Counted from the first letter of the stretch, positions 22,101 through 36,205 are shown. The stretch: 64,000 nucleotides of DNA from Chlorokybus atmophyticus (GCA_009103225.1 RHPI01003369.1:1392017-1456016); one strand, 5' to 3'. Numbers and translations: made by a program. The notes: generated by a model not told the origin, from the sequence alone.

Positions 22101-24641
22101 TTATCCTCTGCTGTAATGTGATGTATGCATTGTAATGGCCACACGCTTGCAGGCATTTTAAACAGCGCCAGTGTCGGCAGCCATTGCTTTGGCCTGACGA
22201 CCGCAAAGCCCTTGGCCTGGTCATGCTGGCTTGATCTCCAGCAGGCCAGCATGACTGGTGCTTATGGAGCACCAGGCCGCCCACCACTGGTCACCACTGG
22301 TCACTACTGGCCTGGCACGCCACCAGCAGCTGCGACCAAATGGCGGTTAGCTGCAGCTGACCGCCGTTACCCGCCAAACTAATTAAGAATTAACTAGTAA
22401 GTAAATTACTTTTAACTGCCATCGGTTAATAATGTCATGCTGGTCCGTCCAGCTGCAGCCGGCTTGAACGCACAATCATTGGTGTCAATTTGTCCGACAA
22501 TTTTACAAAACACGGTGAATGTGCACCATGCATGGTCTATAATACACAAACTCGTAAACTTATGCCAATCGTGCACCAGCCATGGTGCGATCCCAAGAAA
22601 CCATGGAACCATTCACGTGAACTTCAGACCATGCATTGTCTAATTGTTAATGATAGCGGGACCATATATGGTCCACCGATTTCATTTAGCAGAGGAAAAT
22701 CCCGGTCTGAGGTACGGACCAGTCATGGTCCGTACCGTTTGACGTAAAGTGTTGTGAAGTACATGTTTGCTAGGGGAGCTCAAGTTTGTGCTTCCGAGGT
22801 AGGATTGTTATTCCTATAAAAATCTAAGGTGGTGTAATACATCCGGGGTGAAGTCTGCAGGTTGCAAAGTCGGGATCAGCGCATAGTGACAAGGCTTAAG
22901 TGGTCTTGAACATCCTGTATGCCTAGTTGGGAGAGCAGCATGTGGTATAAAGGCCAAGATGCATCCTTGAGTGGGGATCGGAGTAGTAATGATCAAGATA
23001 TCAGAATGTGTTCACCACTTGAGGGCATGTGTGTGTGGGGTGCCTGGTTGTAGCTGTTGAAAGGGGCTCTCCCCCTCATCCTTGTGAGGTGTGGTGTTTT
23101 GGTGTGGTGCACGTGGGTGTGTTGGGCGTGCGTGTGTGCCTTGCTGGAGCTGGAGCTGCAGCTGAGTGGAAAGGTCGGTAATCATCCTCTCCTCCCTTGA
23201 TGCTGATGTGCAATGTCCCCTGTGAGGTGCTGCACCGGTGACGCTGGTGGGTACTTCTGCTGTTAATCCTTGGTGCTTGTGCATAAGCGTTTTAAGCTCC
23301 GACCAGCGAGTAAGTAATGGTGTCGTTACAATGATGTAGAGCCGGCATGTCTCACGTGTGCGGAGAAAGGCTTGAAGTCTCCCTTCCATCTCTTTCTCGA
23401 CTGCCATGCCGCTCGATTCTGGTCCTCTCTCTAGCACCTGATCCGGCGCATGGGGGGCTCGCTCCACTTGTCTCCACCTGTTTGGGCAAAGTCCCGGGTT
23501 GTCTCCTTCTCATTTCTCATGTGTTTCGTCCCCTCTATGCCTGCTCGCCCTTTTGTGTCTTTGGTGATTCCTCTACTCTGTTCGCTATCGTGGTCCCTGT
23601 GTGCGCGCTCTGCTTTCCTTCTTCGCCGCGCAGGCTCGGTCCCGGGCTCAGGAGGACTGGCTACAGGTGGTGTCATCTCGTCTTGTGAAGTGTGCCCGCT
23701 CCTCAGCTTTTTCCACATCCCTCTCCACATGGGGAGCAAGAGGAATTCTTTGCTCCCTTGCTGCCCATCTCCCCCACCCTGAAGTGGTCTGAGTGGTTGG
23801 AAGTGGTCGGACATTCCTCCTTCCTCCAGTCTGAAGATTAAAGACCATATCTTTAAAGGTTAAGGACAACATCTTTTAAGGCTGACGACTCAAGGCTGGA
23901 AGACTAGAGGCTGAAGCCCAAAGCTCGAGCGAAGACTGACGCCTCGGTTTGCTTTAAGTTGACTTAGGCATGCTTTGCCTACTATAGCTCTGCCTAGCCT
24001 CCCATAAACTCCCATCCCTATCTTGCTCGCTAATGGCTTGCTCATAGCTCTGACTCTTGTGCCCTTCATCTTAATAACATCTTTGTACTGGTTTTCCCCA
24101 AAAAAAGGCAGTGCCGGGCCTTCGTTGCGATGTTCATGTTAATATCAATTATTACCGCAAATACTGCTTGCATGATACTTTAACACGTGCTGATATAAAG
24201 ATTAAAACAGCCAGCATGGGGAGACCTTGAGGGACCTCATGTCGGCCATAACAGGTGCAAAAACCGCTTTTGGGGGGCAAACTTATTGCAGTCGCAGACT
24301 TGCTCGCTTGATGTAAGATGATGAGCAACGTTTCGATTTGATGTCTAAGCTACAACAGCTGCAAGCCCTTAGGCAAAGCTGTCTACCTTCCATTATCAGC
24401 AAAATAAGACCGTCCAACATGCACAATGCTACAACAACGCACGCTTATTATAGTGCTAGCTGTTTGGCGCTGACAATGGCTACAACTCATGCGGCCGCGG
24501 ATGGGTCCACATGTTTACACACATGCGCGAACATGCCACATGCAAATCAACAACACGCCATTGCGAGTTCATGACAACATTCCTAGTGGTGAAGCCTGTG
24601 AGGCAGTCGTTCGTTTGCGGTATATTATGCACACAGTCACC

Positions 24642-25332
24642 AACGTCGCAAATTTTACACGATGACTGACAAGGGACTGAGGGATTGACGGGTGCCTGAC
24701 CCTGCCAGACCCTACCTGACGTGACGAATTGGTCCATAAAGGGACTTTTTAAAACGTCAAGCGATCGACCGATAAGTACAATTGATGGCGGCCTGCTTGT
24801 GACGGCAACACCGCACTTTAAGGTGACGGCCGATTGTTGGTCGTCCCATTTGCGCGATGGCAACCTATCTGTATAGCAGATAAGTCACGTTTTGATCACA
24901 TACAGTGACGGCCGACCGTCGGTCGTGCCCTAATCGTCGAAAAGTATGCGCGACGGCGCCTACTTTGGCAAGCCAGTCACCGTTAGTCCCTATCAGGTGA
25001 CCTTACCGCGTTTATTAAGTGACGGCCGATCGCCGGTCGTGCACTTAACGCGGCGGCGACCTACTTATTGTATGTCAAGTATGACAAGCAAGTGACCGCC
25101 GGTCCTTAAAGGTCGGCAAGTCGGGACGGTGGTACCGGCCGGCAAGTCGAGACGCTGGTACAATGCAGCCGCCGTACCTTGTCAATAGTACGAATAGTGC
25201 CATTGCGACAATGGTACTTTCGTACCATTATAATAATACACTAATGCCGTTGCGACAACGCGTTTGATTAACTAAAGCTGCCCAAGTTACTTAAACGCTC
25301 AACGGCTTCAAGTTGAACAGAGCGATGTGGGC

Positions 25333-25365
<33 letters not shown>

Positions 25366-26126
25366 TAACAGTAGGTGAGCTTGATTGCTGTCTGACGTTG
25401 TACTACGCGCAACACCGCATGCCATCTAACCACCCTCCTTGCCTTTGGGCGGCCAGGCCAGGCTAGGCCAGACCAGGCGGCGGCGGAGAAGGAACGGCGG
25501 CGGCGGAGCTGGAGCGGGCGGTGCAGGAGCCGCAGCTCAGTACAAGGGTAGTACTAGCAGTTGTACCTAAGGTAGTAGTAGCAGTAGTGGTAGCAGTAGT
25601 GGTAGTCTAGTTGTACTAACTGTAGTACTAATAGCTTAGTATATTACATTGTCATTTATTTATGTTTGTGTCTTTTAATATTTGTCACGCATTCTAGCAC
25701 AGCTGATGATGACAATCACGTGTGACACCTAATCATGACTGAGCGGTACCAGCAGGTACCTTTGAAGGTACACATCATTAACGGTAGGTACCTTAAGGTA
25801 TCTGACAATTTCGCTCAGTTAGGTACCGGCGACTGTACGCTCAGTTAGCGTACAATCGCCGGTACCTAACTGATAGGTACCGGTTGGTTACCTGTTGGTT
25901 AGGTCAAGTACCCTTTGCTTAACTGTTGGGTACCTGACATGCACCTATTAGTTAGGGTTAGTCCCTTTATGCAGACGGCCGCCAACCAATGGTGACGGCC
26001 GTTATGCTCAGGTCCCTGTAGCGAGATCGCCGGTAGACTGAAGGTCGACAGTCTAAATGAGTATCCTAAGGTGCACGGCCATTGCCAATATCCAATCGGC
26101 CGGCAGGGGAAACATTTTGCGACGAA
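24642..26126 (+). mobile_element. Non-coding ~1.5-kb interspersed repeat, probable non-autonomous TIR DNA transposon (copy B)
   Basis: Homologous to 6448-8098. Inverted core CGTCGCAAA at both ends. TGACGGCC-type motifs on the left, central (GGC)n and (AGT)n runs, seven GGTACC sites at 25740-25935. Confidence 0.7.
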
Positions 26127-28242
26127 GTTACAAAATGTGCATGGGATGCACGCATGCACGCAGGATCTCGTGACCGTCACGAAGGCTTGGGTAAGGCAAA
26201 TACTCCCAGTGGTGTACCATTAGGAGTGGTTGCCTTTACGTAAAGGCGCCGTAATTCAAACAAGTTTATATGTTTCATATATATATGTATTGTATTTATT
26301 TTATATTAGTTTGTACAACATACGTGCGATATTAAACAAGTGAACGTAATCTTACCACCTTAACGGGTAAAAGCAGTGCAATGTCTAACATCTTGTTCAC
26401 TAATTGTGCAATAATTGTAAGTCATATTAAATTTTCTTAATGTGTTATGCGCTCTATGGATTGACTGGTGTGCAATAGTCGTAGAAACCTCCTCCCAATT
26501 ACACTGTTGAAAAATTAATTAAGGCGTCTCAATATGTTAAAAAAACGCAGCTTCCACAAGTGCTCGAAGCAAAGGGGTTGTGGCCAGCACCCCCGCCCTA
26601 GGGATGGATGAGGTGTGTGCCCCTTGATCAATCGCGTCAAAAGGTGCACATTCGTAAACATAGGGCATTGCGATGCCAATCGCTCAGTTGTAAGGGACTT
26701 TCAGCGCCATGCTGAAGCCGCTTGCATAGGCTCATAGGCAGACAATGGGGGAAAGCGAGACAGCATGAGAGCATACACAATGGCTGATGGACGGCCACGC
26801 CATGCGCTTAACCGCCGCCGCCGCCACTAGCACTGCCAACTAGGCCATAGACAGAGTTTGCAATATATCGCCCGTATGTCAGATGGCCGCGAGTTAGAGA
26901 GAAAACATTGCAATGGACGGCGATGCATACACTTGCCAAAAGGGTAAAAAGCGTCCACAATAATATGGTGTCACGTGTGCATTTATCATACTATACTACC
27001 GTATGGTTAATAATGTTATATGTGTGTATATTTAATCTTATAAGCGCACATTTATATGCAATTGCATATAGATATGCATTCACTTCAATGCATATAGCTA
27101 GTCACTGAAAAGTGTGGCAAGCAAATATTGATTGGTGCGCACGCTTACAAACATAATGATGTACAAATTCGCTGTTATCACTGATGGGTATGGTATGAGT
27201 AATGGATGTAATCAGCTTATACAAGTACGTGTAAATGTATACTTTAATTTACTAATAATGGATAGTCAACTTTTACAAGTACGGGTAAAGGCATGCTATA
27301 ATTTGTTACTTCACGTAACGTAACAAAACCCATACGTGCATGATAATGTGTAAAATGTGCATACAAACATTTGCAATATCAATTAACATGTATTATTCTC
27401 CAATTGCTTGGATGCATCAAGAGTGGACAGCTTGTAAATTGCAGCGCCGCTAAGCTAGGGTACGTTAAGCTAGGTTATGCTAAAATTTGAACATGATATA
27501 ACCACATTCCATTTGTGACTTCCAAACTCAACAGTCGTCGTAATTACTTGTTAATCATACCCTTGCTTCATCACCCTTTTAACATTTGAAGGCAATAGCA
27601 CTATCACTGTGTGACCATCTTGAATTATGGGGGTTTACCGAGCTGCAATGCTTTTGCCCATTGAGCAAGATCGCAGCAAAATGCCTCCCGTAATTGTCAT
27701 CAACATACCATTGCTTCTCCGACCACCATCGCGCACCCTTCATCAAAATTGGTTAGCACTGGTGACCTTTCGTTTTAACTGAGCTAATATCTACAAGTAG
27801 GAAATGATTGCTTTGTAGACAATAGTTGTACGCATTTGAAACGATGAACAATATTTTTAAAGGCATATTGTGTTAGACGATGTATGCACTGAGAACTCAA
27901 CAGTACAATTATGCCGCTCGACATAGCAGTTAATTCATGCGCAACAGTCGCGTTGGCATGCATTGTCTGATTGTCAATGACAGGACACCCAGGGGCATTG
28001 CCAATTTGGCGGTTTCTGCGCAGTATCACCCACTAATGCTGCGATAGTGCTGTTAACATAGTTCATGTAACTCTCGATGCATGACCCAATAGCTAAGTGT
28101 TAACAAACCAGCAACAGCGCTTGCAGCACGCCCTAGCGCGTAAACGCGCGTGGTGCAGCAGCAAGCAAGCATTGTGACCAGCAGCAAATCGTTGGAAGAA
28201 TTGTTGCCACATAAGGAGTTCCAACCCTACCTGCAACAGTCA

Positions 28243-31200
28243 TCAACTTTGCTGCTGCTGCTGCTGTTGTTGCTGGCTGGTGCCGGAGCGTGAGGCACGT
28301 CTTCTGCGCGTGCGCGGCAACTGCGCTGCGGGCCTGTCGGGGAACTCGGAGCTGACAAGCGTCTGCGGGTGCGCGTCCCAATCAGCCACCTCTTGCCGAC
28401 TGGGCGTGGTGTCCATTGGCCGAATGCGATCGGGTTGCGATTGCAATTGTTGTTCTTGTTGGGATTCGGAGACTTCGGTGATCACCGATGGGGTGCGGGC
28501 GGGTGCAGGAGCTGGTGCGGGCAGGAGTGCGAGTCGCGACATGAGGTAGGAGAGCAGCTCCTCCTTGACACCGAACGTGAAGTCGAGGTGGGCGTAGTCG
28601 AACTCATTGAAGGTGGAGGGTCGTCCCGCACGTGCGAGACGTTCGTGGTGGAGTCTCACCATAGAGGCGGGTATGAGTCCGTCGCGCTTGCCGGCAACAA
28701 CATCCACGGGGACATCCACGAGGCCATAGTGTGCGGCGACGTCGAGTGGCTCGGGTGTGCCGTACACGTACAGGTTGGCGCGTCTGGACCCGTAATCGAA
28801 CATGCGGAAGGTGCGCGCGTCCATGATCTGGCATAGATGCAGCATGACGTTATACGAGACCCCCGGCATGTTGTACATGTTGTAGTGCGGCTGCGCGATG
28901 GCGCCAACCCAATCGCTCGAGTCCGACCCGAACAGCACCGCGCTGAGGGCAACCTGTACAAGCGCGCGCAAGCCGGGAAGGTTTTGTAGATCCTGCGTGA
29001 GCTTGCTGAACAGCAGCCGCATCACACGTGTTGGGATGTATATGCCCGGCGACAGGCGTGAGAGTAACGGGTGAAGGAGAGGGAGGAACATCCTCACGCC
29101 ACGGTAGAACACGGGCAGATCATGGTGGAACCCAGCGGGCGACAACAACACCACGCGGGATAGACGGTGAGGCAGGTTGGCACGCCGGCACGCCACCACG
29201 TAGAGCATGATGGCCGCGCCGCCGAGGCTGTGCGCCACCGCCGCCATCGTGTACGGCTGCTGCTGCTGAGAGTCCTCGCCAGCGCACAGCTCGGCGCACT
29301 TCACCTGGTGGATCTTGCGCACAAGCGCGGGGATGTCCTGAAGGCTGTGCTCGTTGATGGAAAAGTTCCAGTAACGCCGCGCAGATATCTTACGGTCCAC
29401 ATGCTCCTTCACAGCCATCCCACGGAAGTTGCCCAAAAACACATCGTACCCTGTGCGCCGCCCACCCACACGTGAGATCCGCGAACACACATCTCGCAGG
29501 GAGTGAAATGGAGCACACACGCACAGGCATAACTCACCTTGGTCGTAAGCCACAAACGCCTGCGTGCCCACCATGCCCGTGGAGCACCAACTGACACGAC
29601 AGCAGGTGTGTTAGTGACATCAGTCGCAGTGACACAGAGACAGTGTGTCTGGTTGTTCACTCACCCGAGGGAGCTGTCAAGAAGCCCATGTTGCAGGTAC
29701 ACCACCTTCTTGGAGTTGCGCCTGTGGCCTCCAAGAAGGTGAGGGCGTGTTGTACGATACAACACAGATTCACATCAATGCCAAAACTTCACAACCGCAC
29801 CTTGGCAGCCGTTCCAACAGTATGATGTAGCCGTCTTCCGTAACCACGCTCATCGCCTCATACGGATACCTGAAGAGCGCCACACAGACAAACATGAACA
29901 GAAAGCAACACAACCAGCCGCAGCGCGTGCATATGCATCCACATCCCTACCCCGCTTCTCTGATGAGGTCAGCGACAGTCTTCACATCCACGCGCAGGTA
30001 CTCGTCGCGCAGGTATCCCCCGCTGCGTCTTCGGCTGCGCTGCGCGTGGAACGAGTTGGACCGCGAGTAGTGGTGGTTGTGATGGTGGGAGGAGGAAAAA
30101 GAAGTGGAGTGGTGCGGCTGGCTGGATGCGCCGCGACGGCCGCGACGGAGGCGACGTAAAATGGCGCGCAGAGTCTGCAGAGGAGACAGAAACGAGTGCA
30201 CGACGCTACGCATCACGTCGAAGGTCTTCTCGATCGCCAGCTCCATCGCCATGTGCAGGTCCTAATACAGGGACAACACGTTGGGTTGTTGTGACAGACA
30301 CCATGGGAAACGCGCATGCACCCATCCATCTTCATCACTCACACAGGCACATGCTCACGCACGCGTACGCATCTCACATAGGTGCGCGCGTACACGCACG
30401 CGCATCATTCACGCACGCGCGCGCACGCAAAACACACACTCACCTCTCCAATGCCGCGTCGTGAGCTCAGTCGCTTCCCCCCGATGGCATCAAACGGGTC
30501 CGTGGTGCTGCTGGACGCCAGCTGGTTGTGCAGCTGCGGCGGGACGCTCGTCGGGGAGATCGCCGTCGCCGGAGTCACCACCTCTCTCGAGCGCGGCGGC
30601 AGCGGCTTGCGGAAGATGAACGGCATGAAGATCGACAGCCACAGCGATATCAACCTGTACAACCAACCTGCGTGATGCGTGTTGTTGAGCGCAGCGATGG
30701 GGGCATGCTGGCAGCTGCAATCGGGTTGGTACACATGCAAGCAGTATCACCACCGCATACCACATACACTGAATACGATGTGTATGGTATGAGGTGGTGC
30801 ATGCATACTGCGCAGTCAACAGGGCATATGACAGACAGTCCTCTGCATCTTGCCCATAGGCAGTGAGCACAAACAAGCGCATGCATGCAACCCCATGGCT
30901 CGATCAAACTCACCATGGACTGGCGGCGCTGGTGGGGGAGGCGTAGGAGGTGTCTCGCCGTCTGCATCGACGGTTGGACCGTTGCCGTTCAATGGCGAAT
31001 CTCCGCTCGGCGTGCTCGTGTCCCCAACCCCACCGTTCCGTCGCCGCAGCGGCGACGCCACCTCATCCCCCTCGTCCTCCGACCCCGACGGCGTGTAGTC
31101 CTCCGACCCCGACGAGGCTGCGTCCTCGTTGTCGGATCCGAGGAAGGAGTTGAAGTTGCTGGACCCTTGCAGCCATGTGGGCAGCTGGGAGGGCGCGGCG

Positions 31201-31338
31201 AACACGGCGCGGAGGTCCGCGTAGAAGGAGCCGCCGCGACTGAGACGGTGGGGGAGGGCGGAGACGACCAGCGCCGAGAAACCATTGACGAGCTTGGTGG
31301 TGTTGGCGAAACCCTCGCGACACATCGTCTTGATGGAC
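28243..31338 (-). CDS. Alpha/beta-hydrolase lipase (abhydro_lipase / acid triacylglycerol-sterol lipase family with plant-type N-terminal extension); 5' exon unresolved
   Basis: Phase-consistent GT-AG exons 31338-30914, 30667-30444, 30261-29951, 29869-29801, 29721-29665, 29590-29538, 29450-28243. Motifs VVTEDGY, YLQHGLLDS, GYDVFLGNFRG, AHSLGG (Ser), GKRDGLI (Asp), YAHLDF (His). TGA stop. Confidence 0.93.
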
Positions 31339-32063
31339 CTGAACACACACACACGAACCATCGCAACAAGTGGAGTGACACTGTGGTTGTTGATAGTGAC
31401 GACGGCGACGGCGACGGCACGACGAACGACTACTTGTACATGAACACGAGCGGCACTCCTCACCAACAGCATGAGACGCTTACTGAGTACAGCATTGCCA
31501 TTGTGATCTGCATGTGCACATCGAGTTAAAGGGTTGTATAGGATAGGCTCATGCCGCGCTGTCACTGACACGCATAGCAAAGGTCAGGTTGAACGCAATC
31601 TGACCTTGCCAAACAGATTGCATTCGAACAACATGCGAATGTGTTGGTTCATGAAAGGGGCGCTTGTTTGTCTGTCCACTGCCGCGGCGGCAGTGGACAA
31701 ACAAAACCTCTCGAACACGGAGCTGTGATAATTCAGCCACTTCATGTTTGCTAGCAATGTTCAGCTGCACATCGCCCTAGTGTCGCTTCAGTAGGCAGGT
31801 TCACTTCTCACGCACGCAGTACCGGTACCGAGTATATCTGCCTAGTGTCTGTGCGGCGCATGCTATGCCATCACACCATCAAACGAGTACAGTGCGCCTT
31901 CACACGCGTACATGCACAAGGACGCGCAGTCTGAGGGGCGTTGCTTGATCAGCACACAGGGTCATTGCACTCACTCTTTCCATACGCTGAGCGCGTTGTC
32001 CGCAAGTCTCTGCATGTTTGCGTGTTTGCGTGCGTGCGTGCGTGCGTGTGCAGGGGTGTGTGC

Positions 32064-32065
<2 letters not shown>

Positions 32066-32100
<35 letters not shown>
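32066..32100. repeat. (CT)n microsatellite in the divergent lipase/CPSF2 intergenic region
   Basis: About 17 TC units. Confidence 0.95.
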
Positions 32101-32103
<3 letters not shown>

Positions 32104-32642
32104 CAGTCAAATTGCGCTTCCGCCACCGCCTCTGTGGCTCACACGTCGTTTCTCTCGCCCTGCGCTGGCTGCACACAGCGCATCCCTCCACTCCACACCC
32201 TTCCCCCTGCCCGTCGCCGTCACCTCCTCCTCCGCCTTCTCCTCCACGTCATGGTGGGCGATCTCTCTGCGCTGCGCCACTCCCCCAATTCCGGACTGTT
32301 CCATCCCATCCAAAAGTCCTGGACCGGGCTTACAAGCTCGGTACTTGCCCCAGGACGAGTCCACAGACTCCTTGATCCCGGACCCGGAGCTGCAAAGCAT
32401 CCTACAAGAATCGGGACGGCTGAGAAGTCTCCTCATCCCAGGTGTGCATGTAGACCGCTTGAAGGCGTATTCTTACAAACTTGGAAACATTCCTAGTACG
32501 AACCGTCCACAAAGCCTTTTGTGTGTGATAAAGCTGATCTGGAACCTACGTGGACACAAAGAAGCACCGACTACCGACAAGCTGGTCGACCGTCAGCGCA
32601 ACAGTTCGTCGGTGTTGTTGCCGTCGCCGCGCGGCGGCGGCG

Positions 32643-35600
32643 ATGGGGACGTCCATATGCGTGAAGCCGGTGTATGGGCCGGGAGGTCAAGGCGCTGCGC
32701 CCGTGTGCACCCTTCTCGAGCTGGATGGCGCACTCATTCTGCTCGACTGCGGATCGCCAGTGAGTGCGCATGTGGTTCTTATACTTGCACGGGAGCAGCC
32801 AATCTGTTGTTGGATTGTGCGGTGCTGTGAAGAAAGTATAACCCTGCTCCATCCAGCACCTTACCAGCCGACGCTACTGTGGTCATGCCACACAACCATC
32901 TAAGAACCTCGTCCATGCACTGCACAATACACTCAGCAGATTTTGTTCGGTAAGGGTCGCAGTTGTTGACCTGAGTTTGGGAAGCATGATGTGCTATTTG
33001 CTAGTAGCACGTTTGTCGTGATTGTGTTTTCAGGACGATGCATGCAACAAAATATGGCGTGCAGGCTCGCAGTAGAATTTCATGTACTTGCACCCTAGAG
33101 TTGCATGTCTCAAGTCGGACGCTGAATCGAGAATGGGATGAGCGTGTACAGCAAACCAACGCAGCTGCAGCATGCACGCAGCACTGCCAGCGATATGTAG
33201 CTGCACTGATCCAGGCATACACAAGTGATTCATTAAATGTGCGCGCATGCAACATGTGAGACGCATGCATCATGCATAGGCCTGCGCGCGAGATACACAA
33301 TTGGCGATGCGCTGCCATATTCGCGCATTGACCATCCTCTCTCACGTGTAGGACCTTCCGGATCCTTCGCTGGAGGCGGCGCTGGTGTCGCTTGCCCCGC
33401 GTCTTGACGCGGTGCTGGTGTCGCACGGGGACGCCGCGCACCTCGGCAGCCTACCGCTGCTATTTAAGCAGTATGCAACACCCAGCACAAAAGCCGGTGC
33501 AAAGACAAACCCAACAACAACCAACACAACCACACACCCTCTCAAGCGCGCCCCGCCTCCGTTCTACATGACGCGTGCGGCGGCACGGTTGGGCCACCTG
33601 GCGCTGTACGACCTTCACCAAGCGAGGCGTGAGATGTTGGAGGATGATGATGGTAGTCTGGGTGGTTGGGACTTGGACGCTGTGGACGCGGTGTTTGCGC
33701 ACGCCACGCCTCTGCACTTCTCTCAGCCCGCGCTTTTACCATCCCCTCACAACGCCATCTCCGTGGTGGCGTTGCCGGCGGGCCACTCTCTCGGCGGCGC
33801 GTTGTGGCGCGTGCAGAAGGAGTCGGACGTGGTGGCGTACGCACCGCGTCTCAACCAACAGGGTGAGCGACACCTCGCGGGTGCCGCCAGCGCGTTGGAG
33901 GGTCTGCATCGACCCGCCGTGCTCATCACGGGTGCGGCGGGCGCGGCGGCCATCTCGTCCACCTTGTCGCGTAAGGCGCGTGAGGCGGCGTTTGTCGAGA
34001 GTGTCGTGTCGACGCTCCGCGCGGAGGGATCGGTGCTGATCCCCACGGAGACGGCCGGGCGTGCACTTGAGGCATTGCTCGTGTTGGATGCGCACTGGAG
34101 CGAGCGGCGTGAGTTGGGTGCGTCCTACCGCATGGCGTGGCTCACGGGCGTGGCGTACAGCGCGTTGGAGACGGCGCGAAGCAGCCTCGAGTTCATGAGC
34201 GGCGCCGTCGCGCGCGCCTTTGAGCGATCGCGAGAGAACCCACTCGCGCTGAAACACGTCACGCCGTGCCACACACGCGAGGAGCTCGAGACGCTGCTCT
34301 CGCCGGGACCCAAGGTGGTGGCCGCCTCGTTCGCGTCTCTCGAGCTCGGTCCCGCGCGCGCACTCTTCGCCGAGTGGGCCCTCGACCCGCGCAACGCCGT
34401 CGTGTTCGTGCACAGGCCACACGACAACACGCTCGGACGGCGACTGCAGGCTGCGGCCGGGGGAACGGCGTCAATGCCGCCGAGCTTTGCGCTCAGACTG
34501 GGCAGGCGCGTGCCACTCACGGGGGAGGAGCTCGCCGCGCACGAGGAGAAGGCGCGACTGGCCAAAGCCGTGCAAGAAGCCGCAAACCAGGTGCGACTTA
34601 TCTTGCATGTAGAACACATACTCTCCGCACACATGCACGTATCCTTTGGGATGGGATTGACCACGAGCATGCGCAGGAAGCTGAGCAGCGTCAAGGCACG
34701 GCAGCACCACCAGATGAGCAACACCAGCCGTCTCAGCCGTCCCAAGAAGACACGCAATCACAAGCAGCAGGCGGGCCAGCGCGGCCTCGCAGGCGCAGGC
34801 GCGTGAGGAGGCGTCCCCCTCGCGGCGCGGGTGGCGCCGTGGACACGCTGCTCTCGGGGGTCTTCTTCGACGGCTTCCGCCCCGTCGAGGGCGCCGCAGG
34901 GCCAATGTACCCGTTGCACACGACGACCGCCACGGACAGCGTCGCTGCGCAGAGCGCTGCAGAGGCAGCGGACGAGTACGGCGAGGGGCCGGATGAGAGG
35001 ATTGTCGCCCTTGCTGGTGCTGGCGCGGACATGTTTGATGAGGTGCGCTGGGTGTAGCTGCTGGTTGAATGCAACCAAGTTTTGAGTGTGTGTGCACACG
35101 CAAAAGTGCGGTTGTATGCAGATGGACAGGCAGGGTCCCGGAGAGGATGTGGTCAAGGCGGTGGAACCTGAGCCTGAAGCACCGACCAAGGTGGTGTACA
35201 CCAACATGACGGTAGGTGTGGCAAGTAATCTCTATAGCTTGTTTTGCATTCGCAGTATGTGCGGTCGTGACTTGACAGCTCGCCCATGCCGACGTGACAA
35301 CCACCAGAATCCAGGTGCACATGAACTGTCGGGTGCTGTACTTTGACTTTGACGGCGTGTCGGACATGCGGTCTCTGCGACAGATCCTGCAGCAGGTCGC
35401 ACCGATCAGGCTGGTAAGTTGGCCCGCTAGTGCTAGATGTGATTGCGCACTATTTGATCAATGCACCACGTGCGTGTTCTTTGCAGGTGTTGACGGAGGG
35501 CCGGCCGGAGACGACGGATGCTGTGCTCGACTTCGTGTCGAGTTCCGGCCTGCAGACAGTCGTGTACGTGCCTGGGGCCGGGGAGGCTGTTGACGTGTCA

Positions 35601-36205
35601 TTCGACAAGCACGCGTTCAAGGTGAGATCAATCACACTGTTGGCAGCTTCTCGCAGGAGGGGTGTTTTGCACGCTTTGCACACTGTGTTGTGAGTAGGTG
35701 CATTTGGAAGGCGAGGACGGGGAGGAAGGCCAGCCGGCGTTGGAGTGGGAGACTGCCGGCGACTGGCGCGTTGCACGGGTCACCGCACGCCTGGCAGCCG
35801 CAGGTGCATGCACGCTCGCAATTGCGATATTTGTATGCAGTCTGTTTTTACACATTCATTCGCGCGTCGTAACCAGCAAGGGCCGAAGCATCTTCTTTGG
35901 CGTCGTCAGGTGGCGTGCAGAGCGCCCCCGTGTTCACGCTGCAGGTGTGTGCGGCAGAGGCATCGTCTGCAGCGCAGAGGGGTCGCGCGACGCTTGTGGG
36001 GGACCCGAAGCTGGCGGATCTGAGGCACGTGCTGTCGACGCGCGCGAAGATCCCCGCGGAGTTCTCCGAGGCCGGGTCGCTGGCGTGCGGGGCCTACGCC
36101 ACCGTGCACAAGCTTGGGCCACAGCGCGTCGTGCTAGAGGGGACGCTCGGCGACGAGTGGTTTCGCGTACGGGAGGTTGTCTACTCGCAGTACCAGAGGC
36201 TGTGA
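32643..36205 (+). CDS. CPSF2: Cleavage and polyadenylation specificity factor subunit 2 (CPSF100), 8 exons, 826 aa
   Basis: join(32643-32759, 33352-34590, 34677-35042, 35122-35211, 35315-35413, 35487-35621, 35698-35803, 35877-36205) = 2481 nt, all GT-AG and in phase. MGTS...LLDCG start, degenerate MBL motif SHGDAAHLGSL, beta-CASP domain, DFDGVSD, C-terminal LEGTLGDEWFRVREVVYSQY. Confidence 0.96.

Noticed and set aside
26200-28130. AT-richer block with short ORFs
   Set aside because: No recognisable motif, repeat boundary or gene structure; probably old decayed sequence.
33471-33546. Cryptic intron in the low-complexity Thr-rich insert of CPSF2 exon 2
   Set aside because: Removing 76 nt would shift the frame, whereas the unspliced frame is open and continuous.
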